A stretch of DNA of 64,000 bases, from NCBI GenBank assembly GCA_964016885.1, contig OZ024746.1:63240001-63304000 (forward strand), read 5' to 3'. Below, in pieces: positions 11,670-23,922 of the stretch. The DNA comes from Eledone cirrhosa. Lineage: Eukaryota. Position 1 is the first letter of the stretch. The number at the start of each line of letters is the position of its first letter. The position numbers and the translations under genes are program-made. The notes under the pieces are model-generated. The model had not been told where the DNA came from and did not search any database. It saw only the letters and a program-made list of their open reading frames with translations.

Positions 11670-12734
11670 TTAAAGGTTCTTAAATAAAATTAATAGGTTT
11701 CTTTGAAATTAACAGCCTTGTATTATAGAACCAGGGGTTGTTTTGGTATCAAGTAGGTTAACCACTTAATTTTCTTCCAAAAGTTACTTAATATCAAATA
11801 ACTGATATATCTGGTATTTTGTTATTGTTGATATATGCAGTGTTTGTGAGAATGTTGAAAAATAAGAATTTTCATTTGCTTAATGAAGTTTTAGTTTTTA
11901 TTAGAATTAGTAGTAAAGCTGTAAACAAATTAATAATAATAGTCTTGATTTATTTTCTCTAAGGAAAGCAGATTTGTGTAATGCCTAAGGTTAGAAAACT
12001 TATTATTAACATAGGATGTCAGTATGAAGAATAATAAGTGATAAAGAGTTTCTCTAATTTTCTATATTATTACTGATCAGTGATCAAGGTAAAATAAATT
12101 GATTCTGAGATTTAACCCAGTTTTAATTAGTTGAAGACCCTGTTTTAGTATGACTACAACAACTACACTGGCACATGGGATTTTAATCTCTGTAGTTGAT
12201 CAAGTCATTGATAGATTACTGGGCAGTTCTAATAGGATTATTTAGTAAATAATGAAACCACACTTAGAGTTCATAAACAGCTGTGGATATGTGTAAGCTA
12301 TCATTTCAACAACTGTCCTCACTCAACTAGTCGCCATGACTTGCTTGCCTGGCGATAGCAACTGTGAGAGGAGTATCTTCACTGTTATTCTTGTGTATTT
12401 ATTACACTTAACTCACATTAGACAGATTTTTTTTAAAAACTGTTTTGTTTTTATATCATGAATGATATTTTGTCACACATGAAGTTGCAGCTGAAAATAT
12501 CTGGCAGCTGGCTGACAGCAAATTTTTCCAAGCATCTGTTTAGCATGTCAGTTTTCTTTCTCCGAAACCTGTCTATTACTTGAACACCTTGACAGAATTT
12601 ACAATGAATGTCATAATTTTGGTTATTTCCACATGGTGTGCCTGGTTGGATATAATTGTAAGTTTCTAACTGTTTTGTTTCCTCTCTTCTACATAAAAGG
12701 GGTGTATGTATGTATGTATTTATTTTACCCTTTA

Positions 12735-12942
12735 CCCTTTAGCATTTACATTACTCTATATTTACTATTGTATTTTCGTGGTAAAGACTTTACCTCACAC
12801 AATTATCTCATAATATCGAATCTATGAGATTTTGATGTTATTTATTTTGAGAACAATACCTTAACATATTTACGAGTGGCAGGTTAGAGCCAGTTTGAAC
12901 AGAAAGAGGTGATAGATTCTGGCCAGTTTAAATGCTAAAGTA
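12735..12942 (+). mobile_element. piggyBac-type MITE family 1
   Basis: CCCTTTAGCATT start, same body as 5906-6123. Confidence 0.82.
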
Positions 12943-13924
12943 TTAATTATGTATGATGGTTATATTTCAAGCAAATTTTAATTTTCAATCTTTTGTATCA
13001 AACTTTTCACCAATAACCTTCCATTAGTGCAATGTCCTTTATTATGACTGAATTATCCCCCAATCTTTTTAGATGTTTTAGTTTACAAAATCAGTTGTTC
13101 TCTCCCCGCCAATTCTGTTAGCACTCTATTGTTCTCGTGTGGAGAATTATACAGTCAGCAGATGTTACTCCCATTTTTATATAATGTTTAGTCAGTGAAG
13201 GAAAGATACCACCCTCTGGTGCTTTTCAGGGCCTCCGTGACTGCTGGGCAGAAGGAGGGAGGAAATTATCTTCAAATTGAAGGCCTGGGTTGACTGTTTG
13301 CATTATAGTGAACGACTCCGTTAGATACACCCAAGGGTGAGGCAGTAGGGTTAAACCAGGTGATGGATTATATCAACCACTCAAGTAGGCTGCAGCAGGA
13401 TTTGAAAGAACACAAAAGAGCTGGAACAAATACCACAAGACACCTCACCCGGTGCTCTAATAATTCATGAATCCATTGCCCCAGGCAACTACTTTATTTT
13501 ATCGACTCTGAAAGGATGAAAGACAAGATTTACCTATGCAGGATTTCAACACAGACAAAACATTTTACCCTACACTCTGAAAACTTTCTTCATTTATTTA
13601 TGTTTTGAGAATTCAGTACCTACTTCTCCATGCGTGTTTGTTTTGTTTTTCTCCTTTCTATCAAAAGCTTGGTAAATCTGAATGTGATAGTTACTATAAT
13701 CCAATCATCAATACATCATTGATGTCACTTGTATTAATACGTAAATAATTATTCCATTTTGATTGGTACCTATCACTCTACCCCAGTTATAAGTGGATTC
13801 GACTTAAAAATTAAAATTGGGTCAATTACCATGCCAATAATTGACCTAATTCTGCTATCAATCTCTAATTTTATTAATTGATCACATTTTACTATAACTG
13901 ATTGTTGCTGATCAAATTTACATG

Positions 13925-14090
13925 CTGTATTTCCCGGCGTTGAAGACGATACTTTTTTCCTAAAATAAGTCTAAAAAATCTACCATGTGTCCTGGAGGCC
14001 AAAGGTTGTTTATTTTTTTTTTTAATTTTTGGTTGTCAAAATTAGGGTGCGTCCTCGAGGACAAAGCGTCTTCAGCACCAGGAAATACGG
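13925..14090 (+). mobile_element. Tc2/pogo-type MITE (CCGTATTTC TIR, TA TSD)
   Basis: CTGTATTTCCCGGCGTTGAAGACG ... CGTCTTCAGCACCAGGAAATACGG-TA; inverted second copy at 19724-19890. Confidence 0.8.
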
Positions 14091-14257
14091 TAATTCTTTC
14101 GAACACACACATATGCACACACACATATGCACACACACATATGCACACACACACATATACACATATACACACACACATACACATATACACACACACATAC
14201 ACATACACACATATACACACACAAATATATACACATACACAGACATCCATATCTTTA

Positions 14258-14315
14258 AATATACCTCTCCTAGCTATCATGGCTAGTAAGCCATGATAGC
14301 TAGGAGAGGTATATT
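14258..14315. other. Perfect 27-bp hairpin with 4-nt loop
   Basis: AATATACCTCTCCTAGCTATCATGGCT-AGTA-AGCCATGATAGCTAGGAGAGGTATATT. Confidence 0.95.
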
Positions 14316-14656
14316 GTACCCCTTAACAGTTGAGAAACAAAATCAAGATAGTAGAGATAAAAAAGGGTGGGGTGAGGCAAAAGAAGCATAAATATAATTT
14401 TTTTTAAAAAGTGAAAAACATGGGCAGCTATAAATCAGTTAAAAGTTTCTGTTGTTGAATCTTTTCATAGCTTCCATGTACTGAAAGATCTTGTTTCCTT
14501 ATTATTGGAAATGTTCTGAGCATGGATAATTATTTAATATAGAGATTACATAGAGTAAGGACTCTTTAGTCTCACGGTAGAGAAAGTAACTTCTGTAATG
14601 TTGTTGCTAATGATAATATGCACCAAGTACCACTCTGTAAATTAGGTGGTATTTAA

Positions 14657-14864
14657 CCCTTTAGCATTTGTATTGCCCTATATTTACTATTGTATTTTCA
14701 TGGTAAACACTTTATCTCACATAATTATCTCAAATAATATCGAATCTGAGATTTTGATATTTATTTTGAAAACAATACCTCAACATCAGTATGAGCAGCC
14801 GGTTTGAACAGAGAGAGAGATGAGAGAAATTTAGCCAGATATGGCCGGTTTAAATGGTAAAGGG
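14657..14864 (+). mobile_element. piggyBac-type MITE family 1
   Basis: TTAA-CCCTTTAGC...TAAAGGG-TTAA. Confidence 0.85.
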
Positions 14865-16184
14865 TTAAGTGAAGGCAATGTTGAGTAGAAAAGACATTTA
14901 GTTTTGTTGATGACATGACAACCTCTCTTGTGCTGGTACCATGATAATATATATGTAAAGTGGTTGTTAGGAAGGGCATCAGGCCATAAAATCATGCCAA
15001 AAATGGAACTTATGAATGAGATATCATCCTACTCATCTCAATAACTCCAAAGAACCAACTCTGTCCATATTGTCTCGTCCAACCCATGCCAACGTGGAAA
15101 GTGGAGGGTAAAATAATGATGATGATATCAAAATTCTTTACTTTGGTGTTGACATATAAAAGGCTTTAGTTTATCAACTTCATTTATTGTTTTTAATGTA
15201 TATATCTTCTTAGCCAAGTTTACAACTCTGTCATTGTATTAGTCCATTCCTATCTTAGGAGAAGGTTCTGATAAATGACAGATTTTGAGACATTACAAAA
15301 ACAAAGGTTAACACTTTACTATTGTTAATTATTTGTAATTATTTTTTGCTTTAGAATGTTTTTATTTTTTTTTAATGCTGGCATAGTTTAGTAATGAATG
15401 TATGATTGTTGTTGTGTATTTAGGACTGGATTTTGATTGTTTTGAAGCAACATTTCAAATAAATCATAGGTAGATGGTGATAGAAATATCAAATGACTTT
15501 GTCTTAAATAATCTTTCCCTCTCACTCCTATTGATGAATTGTGAGCAAACTTTGGAATAACCTTATGTACTATGTCAAACTGTGGGTCCCCCCGAGGGTC
15601 ACATATGTGTTGTCTGAGGGCCACACATGACAACTAATTGGCACACATTACAACTAATATTTTTTTATTTTATATTACTCTCGCACTGTAAAAACCATTG
15701 TGCAGGCCACAGGTGTGCTTGTAAAGGGTCACATGTTTGACATGCTTGGTCTAGATTACAAAACAATCTCATCACCTGTCCACCACCTGACCCAGGGAAG
15801 AATTGACTGCATCAATTTATATTCAGGATGGGAGGTGGGGGTCAATATTTATGTGTTGATTAGTTGCCTCAGCTTATAAACTGAGAGTGGGGTAGATTTA
15901 GGCCAATTTCTCAGGCATGAAATATGGGGGAGAGGGATCAGCTTATATTCAAGTGTATATGGTACCTAAAAATGTTATATTACTATTGTGTATTGTTTAC
16001 ATTCTGCATCCTTCAGACAAATAATCTCAATTTTCCTTGCTATTTACTATAATTAACAAAAGGTTTGTTTTTATTTTATTGCAGATGATATAATCCCAAA
16101 TCATCTCACTATCCATCCGGTTAACAGAAATCTCTTAACTTACTTTCGAATTCAATAATTTTTTGCACTGTTGCTTGTGTCACC

Positions 16185-16547
16185 ATGGAGAATTACATGC
16201 AACAACAAGAGTTTTCTGAAGCTAAAAACCGGATAAGTTTATTTGAATCAGAATTTGAAGATGGTTGGTTCCTCCAGAAGCTGATGAAAGAGAACTCACC
16301 TTCTTTTCCTAAACGTCGAAGAGTGGAAGAAGATGCTCAGAGTTGCATCAGCAGCCGAACTGATTCACCTGTTTCTGTAGACAGCTTTCTAGATGAAAGT
16401 TTCTGCCCAACACCAACTGATTCTCCTTCATCAAGAGTGGCAACACTATCGGATTTTAGAAAACATTATAAGAAGGATGAACTCTGGGCTGCCATTGAAT
16501 CTAATTATCAATATCTTATGGATGATGAAATCATTGAGACATGTAGG
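16185..16547 (+). CDS. First coding exon (exon starts 16085) of a large spectrin-repeat-like protein gene, klarsicht/AKAP6-like (tentative)
   Basis: Acceptor TTTTATTGCAG|16085, strong Kozak CACCATGG, 121 codons MENYMQQQEF...LWAAIESNYQYLMDDEIIETCR, donor AGG|GTAAGT phase 0; family call is from recollection of the LWAAIxSNYxYxMD motif, not from a search. Confidence 0.85.
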
Positions 16548-17555
16548 GTAAGTTATGAAATATATTTTTACCATTTATAATCTTTTTCATCATTTGGAAC
16601 TCAAAAACAAAATATAGTAAGTGGTGGTAATATAATTACTATAGCACTTATACAACTTGGGATATGAATAAATGTATGGATTCACATCAATATGTATTTA
16701 GTCTCAATGAAATTCAGCCTATGAGGGCATTTTTGGGCAGTTTAGTATAAGAATCACCCCAATCTATTTCACAGTTGATTAACAAATCATCAGAATTTGC
16801 TCCCTTTTTCCCCTAAATCTGTTTATAATAGCTGATGATTAAAATGTAAACAAGTATGTACTTAAAAGTAACCTCATTTCTCTCGTGGTACAAGTTTCAT
16901 AACAAGTTAATAATTACTAAAGTACTATACATTTACATTTTATAAGTCACACACAGCCCTTATTTCAAGAGTGACTACTCTTGATATAAGGACAATTCAA
17001 GAAAACATGGTTTTACCTATATAACACTACTGCTACTAAAACAGGCCCTACTCTTCTAAACTGCATTCCTCCTCTTCTCAGTTAAACTGACCCCTCTTGC
17101 CTCCCTCTTTCTCCTCCCCTTATGTATAAAACCATATATAAGCAAGGCACAGATCCCTGGTCTGTCTGAGAGATAAGTAGTCACTGCTTCAGTACTGCCT
17201 TGGTCTATGTAGACCCCTATCCAACCCTTGCTAGCAGAGAAAGTGGCCGTTAATGTGACAATGATGATGATGATAACTGGTAGTTAGGTAAACAAAAATA
17301 GAGCACTGATTTGGTTGTAAAAGTTAATTGTGGTAAAGGATAAACCAAAAGACATGAGGTGAAATTGTTTGAGTGAAATCCGGAAAATATACTGTATTGT
17401 ACACATATCCAACCCACCCCAGCTTAGAGAAGGGAGTGTGTACATACTCACTCAACTGGTTAGAAATAGCAGTAAAATCTCTCTCAGATCATACCCATCA
17501 TTTAAAAAATAGAAGGAAGAACATTATGTAGAATATAATCCTAGTTATACCTTAA

Positions 17556-17774
17556 CCTTTCAGCATTTAAATCGACCGTATCCGGCCAGAATTCTCACAC
17601 CTCTTTCAGTTCAAACTAGCCATAACTGACCCCTCATACTTATGTTAAGGTATTGTTCACAAAATGAATAATATCAAAATCTCATAGATTTAATATTATG
17701 TGAGATAATTGTGAGGTAAAGCCTTTACCATAAATATATAATAGTAAATATAGAGTAATGTAAATGCTAAAGGG
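17556..17774 (-). mobile_element. piggyBac-type MITE family 1
   Basis: TTAA on both sides, reverse orientation. Confidence 0.85.
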
Positions 17775-17981
17775 TTAAGAGATGGAATGCTTTTGATCCC
17801 AGATCTGGTTAATAGGGGCTGACCAGTAACTAAACAGCAGCAACTTCAGCTTAGAAATGTAAATATTGTAGCTGATGGTGATAACATTCTTATATTTTAT
17901 AAGTAGAAAAACTACTTATTCAGTAGGTCAATTTTGCCCCAGGCATCACATAAGATCATATACCCAACTGCTGCAGGCATT

Positions 17982-18014
<33 letters not shown>

Positions 18015-18492
18015 TGCACACATATACATGCATACACATACATAATTATGCTTACATACATGTGTGTGTATATATATGTATGTATATATATACTGTTATC
18101 CTCAACAAAACACTTAACAGTAAATGTCAACTGAATAAATGGGGGTCTCCTTAATGCAGTTTGATGTCACTTTAATACTTCCAGCAATAAATTATGACAC
18201 TACTGAACTTAGAGATGCTTCACTGAAAACTTCAATATCATCCACACATTCAAACTTTATATAGACAGACATTATCTTTGTAGAAGAAAAGACATAGTAT
18301 TACTTTACTTAAAATCAGTGAAACTAGTTGAATATGGATGGAAATGTCATTTTATCGGTAAGGAAATAATATCCAGCTACAAAACATCTATTTGATGGAT
18401 CTGTTGAGTTGGAAAACCCACTAAATATGTATAACATCTATTTGATAGACCTGTTGAGTTTGAAGACTAACTAAATATATCATCAACTACAT

Positions 18493-19238
18493 CACAGGTT
18501 CTCAACCCATTTAGGCCAAACGCCCCCTTTTGTCCCTCGAAATCACGAAACGCCCCCCCCCCCTCTCTATTTTTCAATTTTTCAATATACTACTGATTTT
18601 TATATCAGTAGATTACTAAAAAATTGATTAACAATATTCCAAAGATGTGTGTATTATCTGATTATGTGTTGTATGTGGTCCTAGATGTGTGTATTACCTG
18701 ATTATGTGTTGTATGTGGTCCTAGATGTGTGTTTTTTCTTTTCTTTTTTTTATTTGTAATATTATTTATACAATAGGGAATAAAATAGATCTACATCGTG
18801 TTAACTCGTTGCGGTTGAGTCAATAATTTCAGACATGAAGTACATTGTTTTACATCGTGTTAACTCGTTGCGGTTGAGTCAATAATTTCAGACATGAAGT
18901 ACATTGTTATCGGTGAAGGAAAGATAAGATTCTAACTGGCTGCGCTCAAAGTGTCTGTCGGTTTTTCCATTTTTAGGATCTCAATTACCGGACATGCCTG
19001 CACACCTGCTCACAGGTGCGGTCAGACTATAGTTATGCTGTCTGCAAGCTCATTCAAATGCATTCACACTGGCTGTCTCAAAGACAAACAAATATGGCTT
19101 ATAAAACTTACCAAAATAAAGAGCCTTCCAGCGCCCAACGCCCCCCCTAATGTGACTTTGCTCCCAAACGCCCCCCCCCCCCCCTGGAGTTCCGAAACGC
19201 CCCCCAGGGGTGCATATGCCCCCCGTTGAGAACCTTTG
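18493..19238. mobile_element. Non-autonomous hAT (Charlie-like) element
   Basis: 14-bp TIR CACAGGTTCTCAAC / GTTGAGAACCTTTG and perfect 8-bp TSD AACTACAT (18485-18492, 19239-19246); internal tandem duplications of about 39 and 59 bp. Confidence 0.9.
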
Positions 19239-19723
19239 AACTACATCAACAAAGCTAGACCATACAAACCTCATTCTGCCTCTTGTCATCCCTACTTTGT
19301 TTTACTACCAACTTTATTCCAACCTTGATGATGTTGTTTGACCAACTGAACTACATACTCCAATTAGCATATAAGTGGCTGAGTATTCCACAGATCAGAT
19401 ACATGAAACCTTAACATAATTTTGTCTGAATCAGCATGACACTATATGTGACAAAGTTGGACCTTTTAAATTACTGTTACAATCTGTCTGACAAGCTTCA
19501 ACATAGTTTCTGTCTGCTCAATTTCACTCAGTGCTTGCATTGACCTCGGGCTTTTGTAAGACACTTGCCCAAGGTGCCACACAGTGGGATCAAACTCAGA
19601 CATCAACTATAACTTTCCTCAAGTAAAGACAGGATGGTTACAACTGGAATATATTGAATAAGGTTTGATCAACTGGTGTTGAGTTGGAGATAGACATCAA
19701 CAATAACAACCAAGTTATAGATA

Positions 19724-19890
19724 CCATATTTCCCGGTGGGGAGACTCTTCGTCCTCAAGGATGCTCCCTAATTTTGACAACCAAAAATTTGAAAAAAAAC
19801 GTAAATAACCTTCGGCCTCCAGGATGCATGGTAGATTTTTTTAGACTTATTTTAGGAAAAAAGTAGCGTCTTCGATGCCAGGAAATATGG
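19724..19890 (-). mobile_element. Tc2/pogo-type MITE, inverted relative to 13925-14090
   Basis: TA-CCATATTTCCCGG...CCAGGAAATATGG-TA; body is the reverse complement of the 13.9-kb copy. Confidence 0.8.
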
Positions 19891-21164
19891 TATTCAAGTT
19901 GATAGTAAGTTTAGCTGCAAGTTGAAAAGTCAATAGATTCTCCACATGACTGATTATATTTAACTCTTTTACTATCGCCCATGTTACAGAATACATAGTT
20001 GTTAATAAGTACCACAGTGAAGCACAATCCTCTCTCCAGTAAATAGTTCTCTCATTGGTTTAATATAATGAGTTCAAAGTAGACTTGTTATAAACTAAGC
20101 AACAGAAAAGAGATTGACAAAACTCGTGAATTTTCTATGAAGTTAGTGTTGCTGTTTTGTGAATTGATTTATTAGCTAATTAGATATTGTTGCCTGACAA
20201 CGAAGTCCTGATTAGGGCAACAAAGTTATTCTTGATGATGTATTCACTCATCAATGTTCATTTGGCAGTCATCAAAGATATTTGATAATCTGGCACAAGT
20301 TTTGTTGTAGCTATAGATGGTGTTCCTTTACATTGTATTTTATCATTTTGATGTTTGTAGAAAGTCATATCTTTACACACACATGGTTTATATCACGAAT
20401 TTACAAAGCAGCTTTAGTTTTAAAAATTGAATCAATGTAAATTACCATCAGAAAAACAGACTTTTAGAATATTTTAATTCTGTTTTGATTGATGACCATG
20501 ATAAATCCTAAATTACATGTTATATTGGTGTAACATTATCTGATATATTTGGAATAAATTTTGAAACAAATAAAACAGCTGACATGTGCATGACTTTGAA
20601 AGCTACCCCAATTCACAAAAAAAGATTACCATTTATTGTCGTATTATGTTAGAATATCCAATAACTCAGCTTTGTTAAAAAAAGAAATGTTTGTATGGTT
20701 GCTCCACCTGCTAAAATAGCAGCTAAACCACCCCAAACCAAACCGTACCCTACCATTTAAATCTTTTTAGTACTAAACTGTCTGAAACCACCACTGGTTC
20801 TATGATAGAAAACTGCTTGTTTTAAAGTGTTTATCATCATCATCATCATCATATAACGTCCACATTCCATGCCAGCAAGGGTAGGATGGGTCTTTACAGA
20901 CTCAGTACTGAAGCAGGTATGTTGATATCCCAAACAGGCCAAGAGCCTGCATTCTCATTTAGACACTCTTGGCTCAGGTTTATAATTATCTAAAATCCTT
21001 CCATCATAATTTTATGAAAGAATATTTAAGTTATGTTCCAACCACTATTTTGGTAATGAGAAAGTTATATTACTAAATCCCTCCAAATTCTTAGGCATCT
21101 TTAGTAATATAGTAGCAAACATATTTAAAAGAGGAAAGAGTGAAACATGGAGTTCCATGTAGAT

Positions 21165-21998
21165 TAAGAGGGAATAATGTAGTCCTATATAGATTGAGGG
21201 AATAATGTAGCCCTATAAAGATTGAGGGAATAATGTAGTTCTATAAAGATTGAGGGAATAATGTAGTTCTATATAGATTGGGGGAATAATGTAGCCCTAT
21301 AGAGATTGAGGGAATAATGTAGTCCTATAGTAAGAGGAATACTGTCCTATATTGATTGGGGGATAATATAGTTCTATATTCATTGAGGGGATAATGTAGT
21401 CCTATATAGATAGATTGAAGGGATAATGTAGCCCTATATAGATTGAAGGGATAATGTAGTCCTATATAGGTTGATGGGATAATGTAGCCCTATATAGGTT
21501 GATGGGATAATGTAGCCCTATATAGGTTGATGGGATAATGTAGCCGTATATAGGTTGATGGGATAATGTAGTCCTGTATAGATTGAAGGAATAATGTAGC
21601 CCTATATAGGTTGATGGGATAATGTAGCCCTATATAGATTGATGGGATAATGTAGCCCTATATAGGTTGATGGGATAATGTAGCCCTATATAGGTTGATG
21701 GGATAATGTAGCCGTATATAGGTTGATGGGATAATGTAGTCCTGTATAGATTGAAGGAATAATGTAGCCCTATATAGGTTGATGGGATAATGTAGCCCTA
21801 TATAGGTTGATGGGATAATGTAGCCCTATATAGGTTGATGGGATAATGTAGCCCTATATAGGTTGATGGGATAATGTAGCCCTATATAGGTTGATGGGAT
21901 AATGTAGTCCTGTATAGATTGAAGGAATAATGTAGCCCTATATTAAGAGAGAATAATGTCCTATATTGATTGGGGCATAATGTAATCCTATATAGATT
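21165..21998. repeat. 28-bp minisatellite (about 29 copies) with a 168-bp higher-order repeat
   Basis: GGGATAATGTAGCCCTATATAGGTTGAT; variant pair GCCGTATA / GTCCTGTATA recurs 168 bp apart. Confidence 0.93.
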
Positions 21999-22720
21999 AT
22001 GACTGAAACAAAGATGGATGGTTCCAGCTGGAATACATTTGATCATAGATCTTCTCAGTCAGTACTGACATTGTGTTAAACATTATCATCAATATTGTGT
22101 TACCTTACAGGTAGATGTCATCATTGTCATCTTGGTGTGCTGGTTGCACAGATAGCCATGACTCTCCCTTTCCATCCTTCTCAGTCATTCATAGCTTATG
22201 GCAGGTTTGGTGTAGGTTCTATAAAATCTGTCCAGCATTAGAATACTAATGCTTTGATGTCTATAACAACACATCACTGACAATTTCTTCTTTTGCTCCT
22301 CAGTTGTGTCCCCTGAATATTTATAAGGGATCAATATCCAGAGTAAAGCAAAAACTAAAATATTGTTTTTCAAATTATTTGGTATGTTTGATATGTTTGG
22401 TTGAATTCTACCTTAGGTAAGCTCACCCAATTTTACTCATACAAATCTATTTTCCTTTCCATCTGGGAATACACACATATGTGTGTGTATCCCTGGCTAG
22501 CATGGAAAATGGACATGAAATAATAATTATGCGTGTATATATATATACATAATTAAATTAAATATACATATACATATAGGGCCGGCCGGCGAAGAAACAC
22601 TATGCATTTGGCCAGCCCCCTGTATCATGAAAAGAATAAAAAAAAATTTCAGAGGAAATGATAGGATTTTTCCAAATTTAAAGATTTCTTATGAACTTTC
22701 AATGTGTATTTTAGGTTTTG

Positions 22721-22778
22721 CTGTCTGAAGAGCTCAGGCTCTCATAAACGATAGTCCTTGGGGAAATATGTACAACAG
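22721..22778 (+). ncRNA. Degenerate minimal type I hammerhead ribozyme motif (Penelope-like terminus)
   Basis: CTGT-CTGAAGA-[weak helix II]-GAAA-TATGTA-CA-ACAG then AATAAA; U16.1 replaced by C. Confidence 0.5.
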
Positions 22779-23418
22779 AGTTTTAAATAAACCTGAATCA
22801 ACTGAATTTGGCCTCCAGTCTTTTATTAATATATCATCATCATCATCGTTTAATGTCTATCTTCCACGCTAGCATGGGTTTATATATATATATAAAGAAT
22901 GGGTTTATATATATAAAGAATGTATGCTTTATGTATGAGAGAGAGAGGGAGAAGTAAAGTATCTTCTGTTAATATTTAGACTGATGTATACAATTTGCTT
23001 TATGTATGTCTGTGTGTCTTGGGCCTCATTAGTTTATCTCTAATCTAAGCTCTCTGTGTCTGTCTACATTTTACTATCTTTACTAGATAACATTCTCTCA
23101 TACTGTCATGTCTTATCCTCCTAAGTTGTATCAATAAGACATTTTATTCCCAGAGTAAAAGAAACAAGGTTAATCTCAGCTTAATGTAATAGATGTGATT
23201 TGGTTAGATATAGTTAAGATATGGCAGAAATATTTGTTTCTTCATTGGTTTATTTTTAACATTTTTGCTTGAGATTTAACACACCTTTTTATGTTTATAG
23301 GTTTTACAAAACACATACAAACACACAAGAAATTAATCATCTTTTGTTTAAGATAAACTTCAGTTTGGAATTCAAATTCTTTTTTTAAAAAGTGAGTGTT
23401 TATCATGATATAAGGGTA

Positions 23419-23454
<36 letters not shown>

Positions 23455-23712
23455 AGCCCTTGAATGTTGCTAGAGTCATAGGGGTGTTATTTTCATATAT
23501 GGGAATCTAAACCTAGTGAGGCCAGCTCTCTCCAGCTCTGACCACAGCCAATTTCTTCCAGAGAAAAGAAAAAAAGAGAGAGAATTGATCCCTTAAAGGA
23601 TGAAAGGTAAAGTTGATCTTGATAGGATTTGAACTCAGAGAAGAGAGCAAGAATGAATGCCACAAGGCATTCTATTTTTCACTCTAACAACTCTGCCAAT
23701 TTATTGCTTTAA

Positions 23713-23922
23713 CCCTTTAGCATTCACATTACTCTATATATACTATTATATTTTCATGGTAAAGGCTTTACCTCGCATAATTATCTCACATAACATCGAA
23801 TCTATGAGATTTTGAAAGTATTTATTTTGAGAACAATACCTTAACATCAGTTTGAGTGACCAGTTACAGCCAGTTTCAACAGAAAGAGGTAGAGAATTAT
23901 GGCCGGTTTGAACATTAAAGAA
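23713..23922 (+). mobile_element. piggyBac-type MITE family 1
   Basis: Nearly identical to 5906-6123. Confidence 0.85.
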
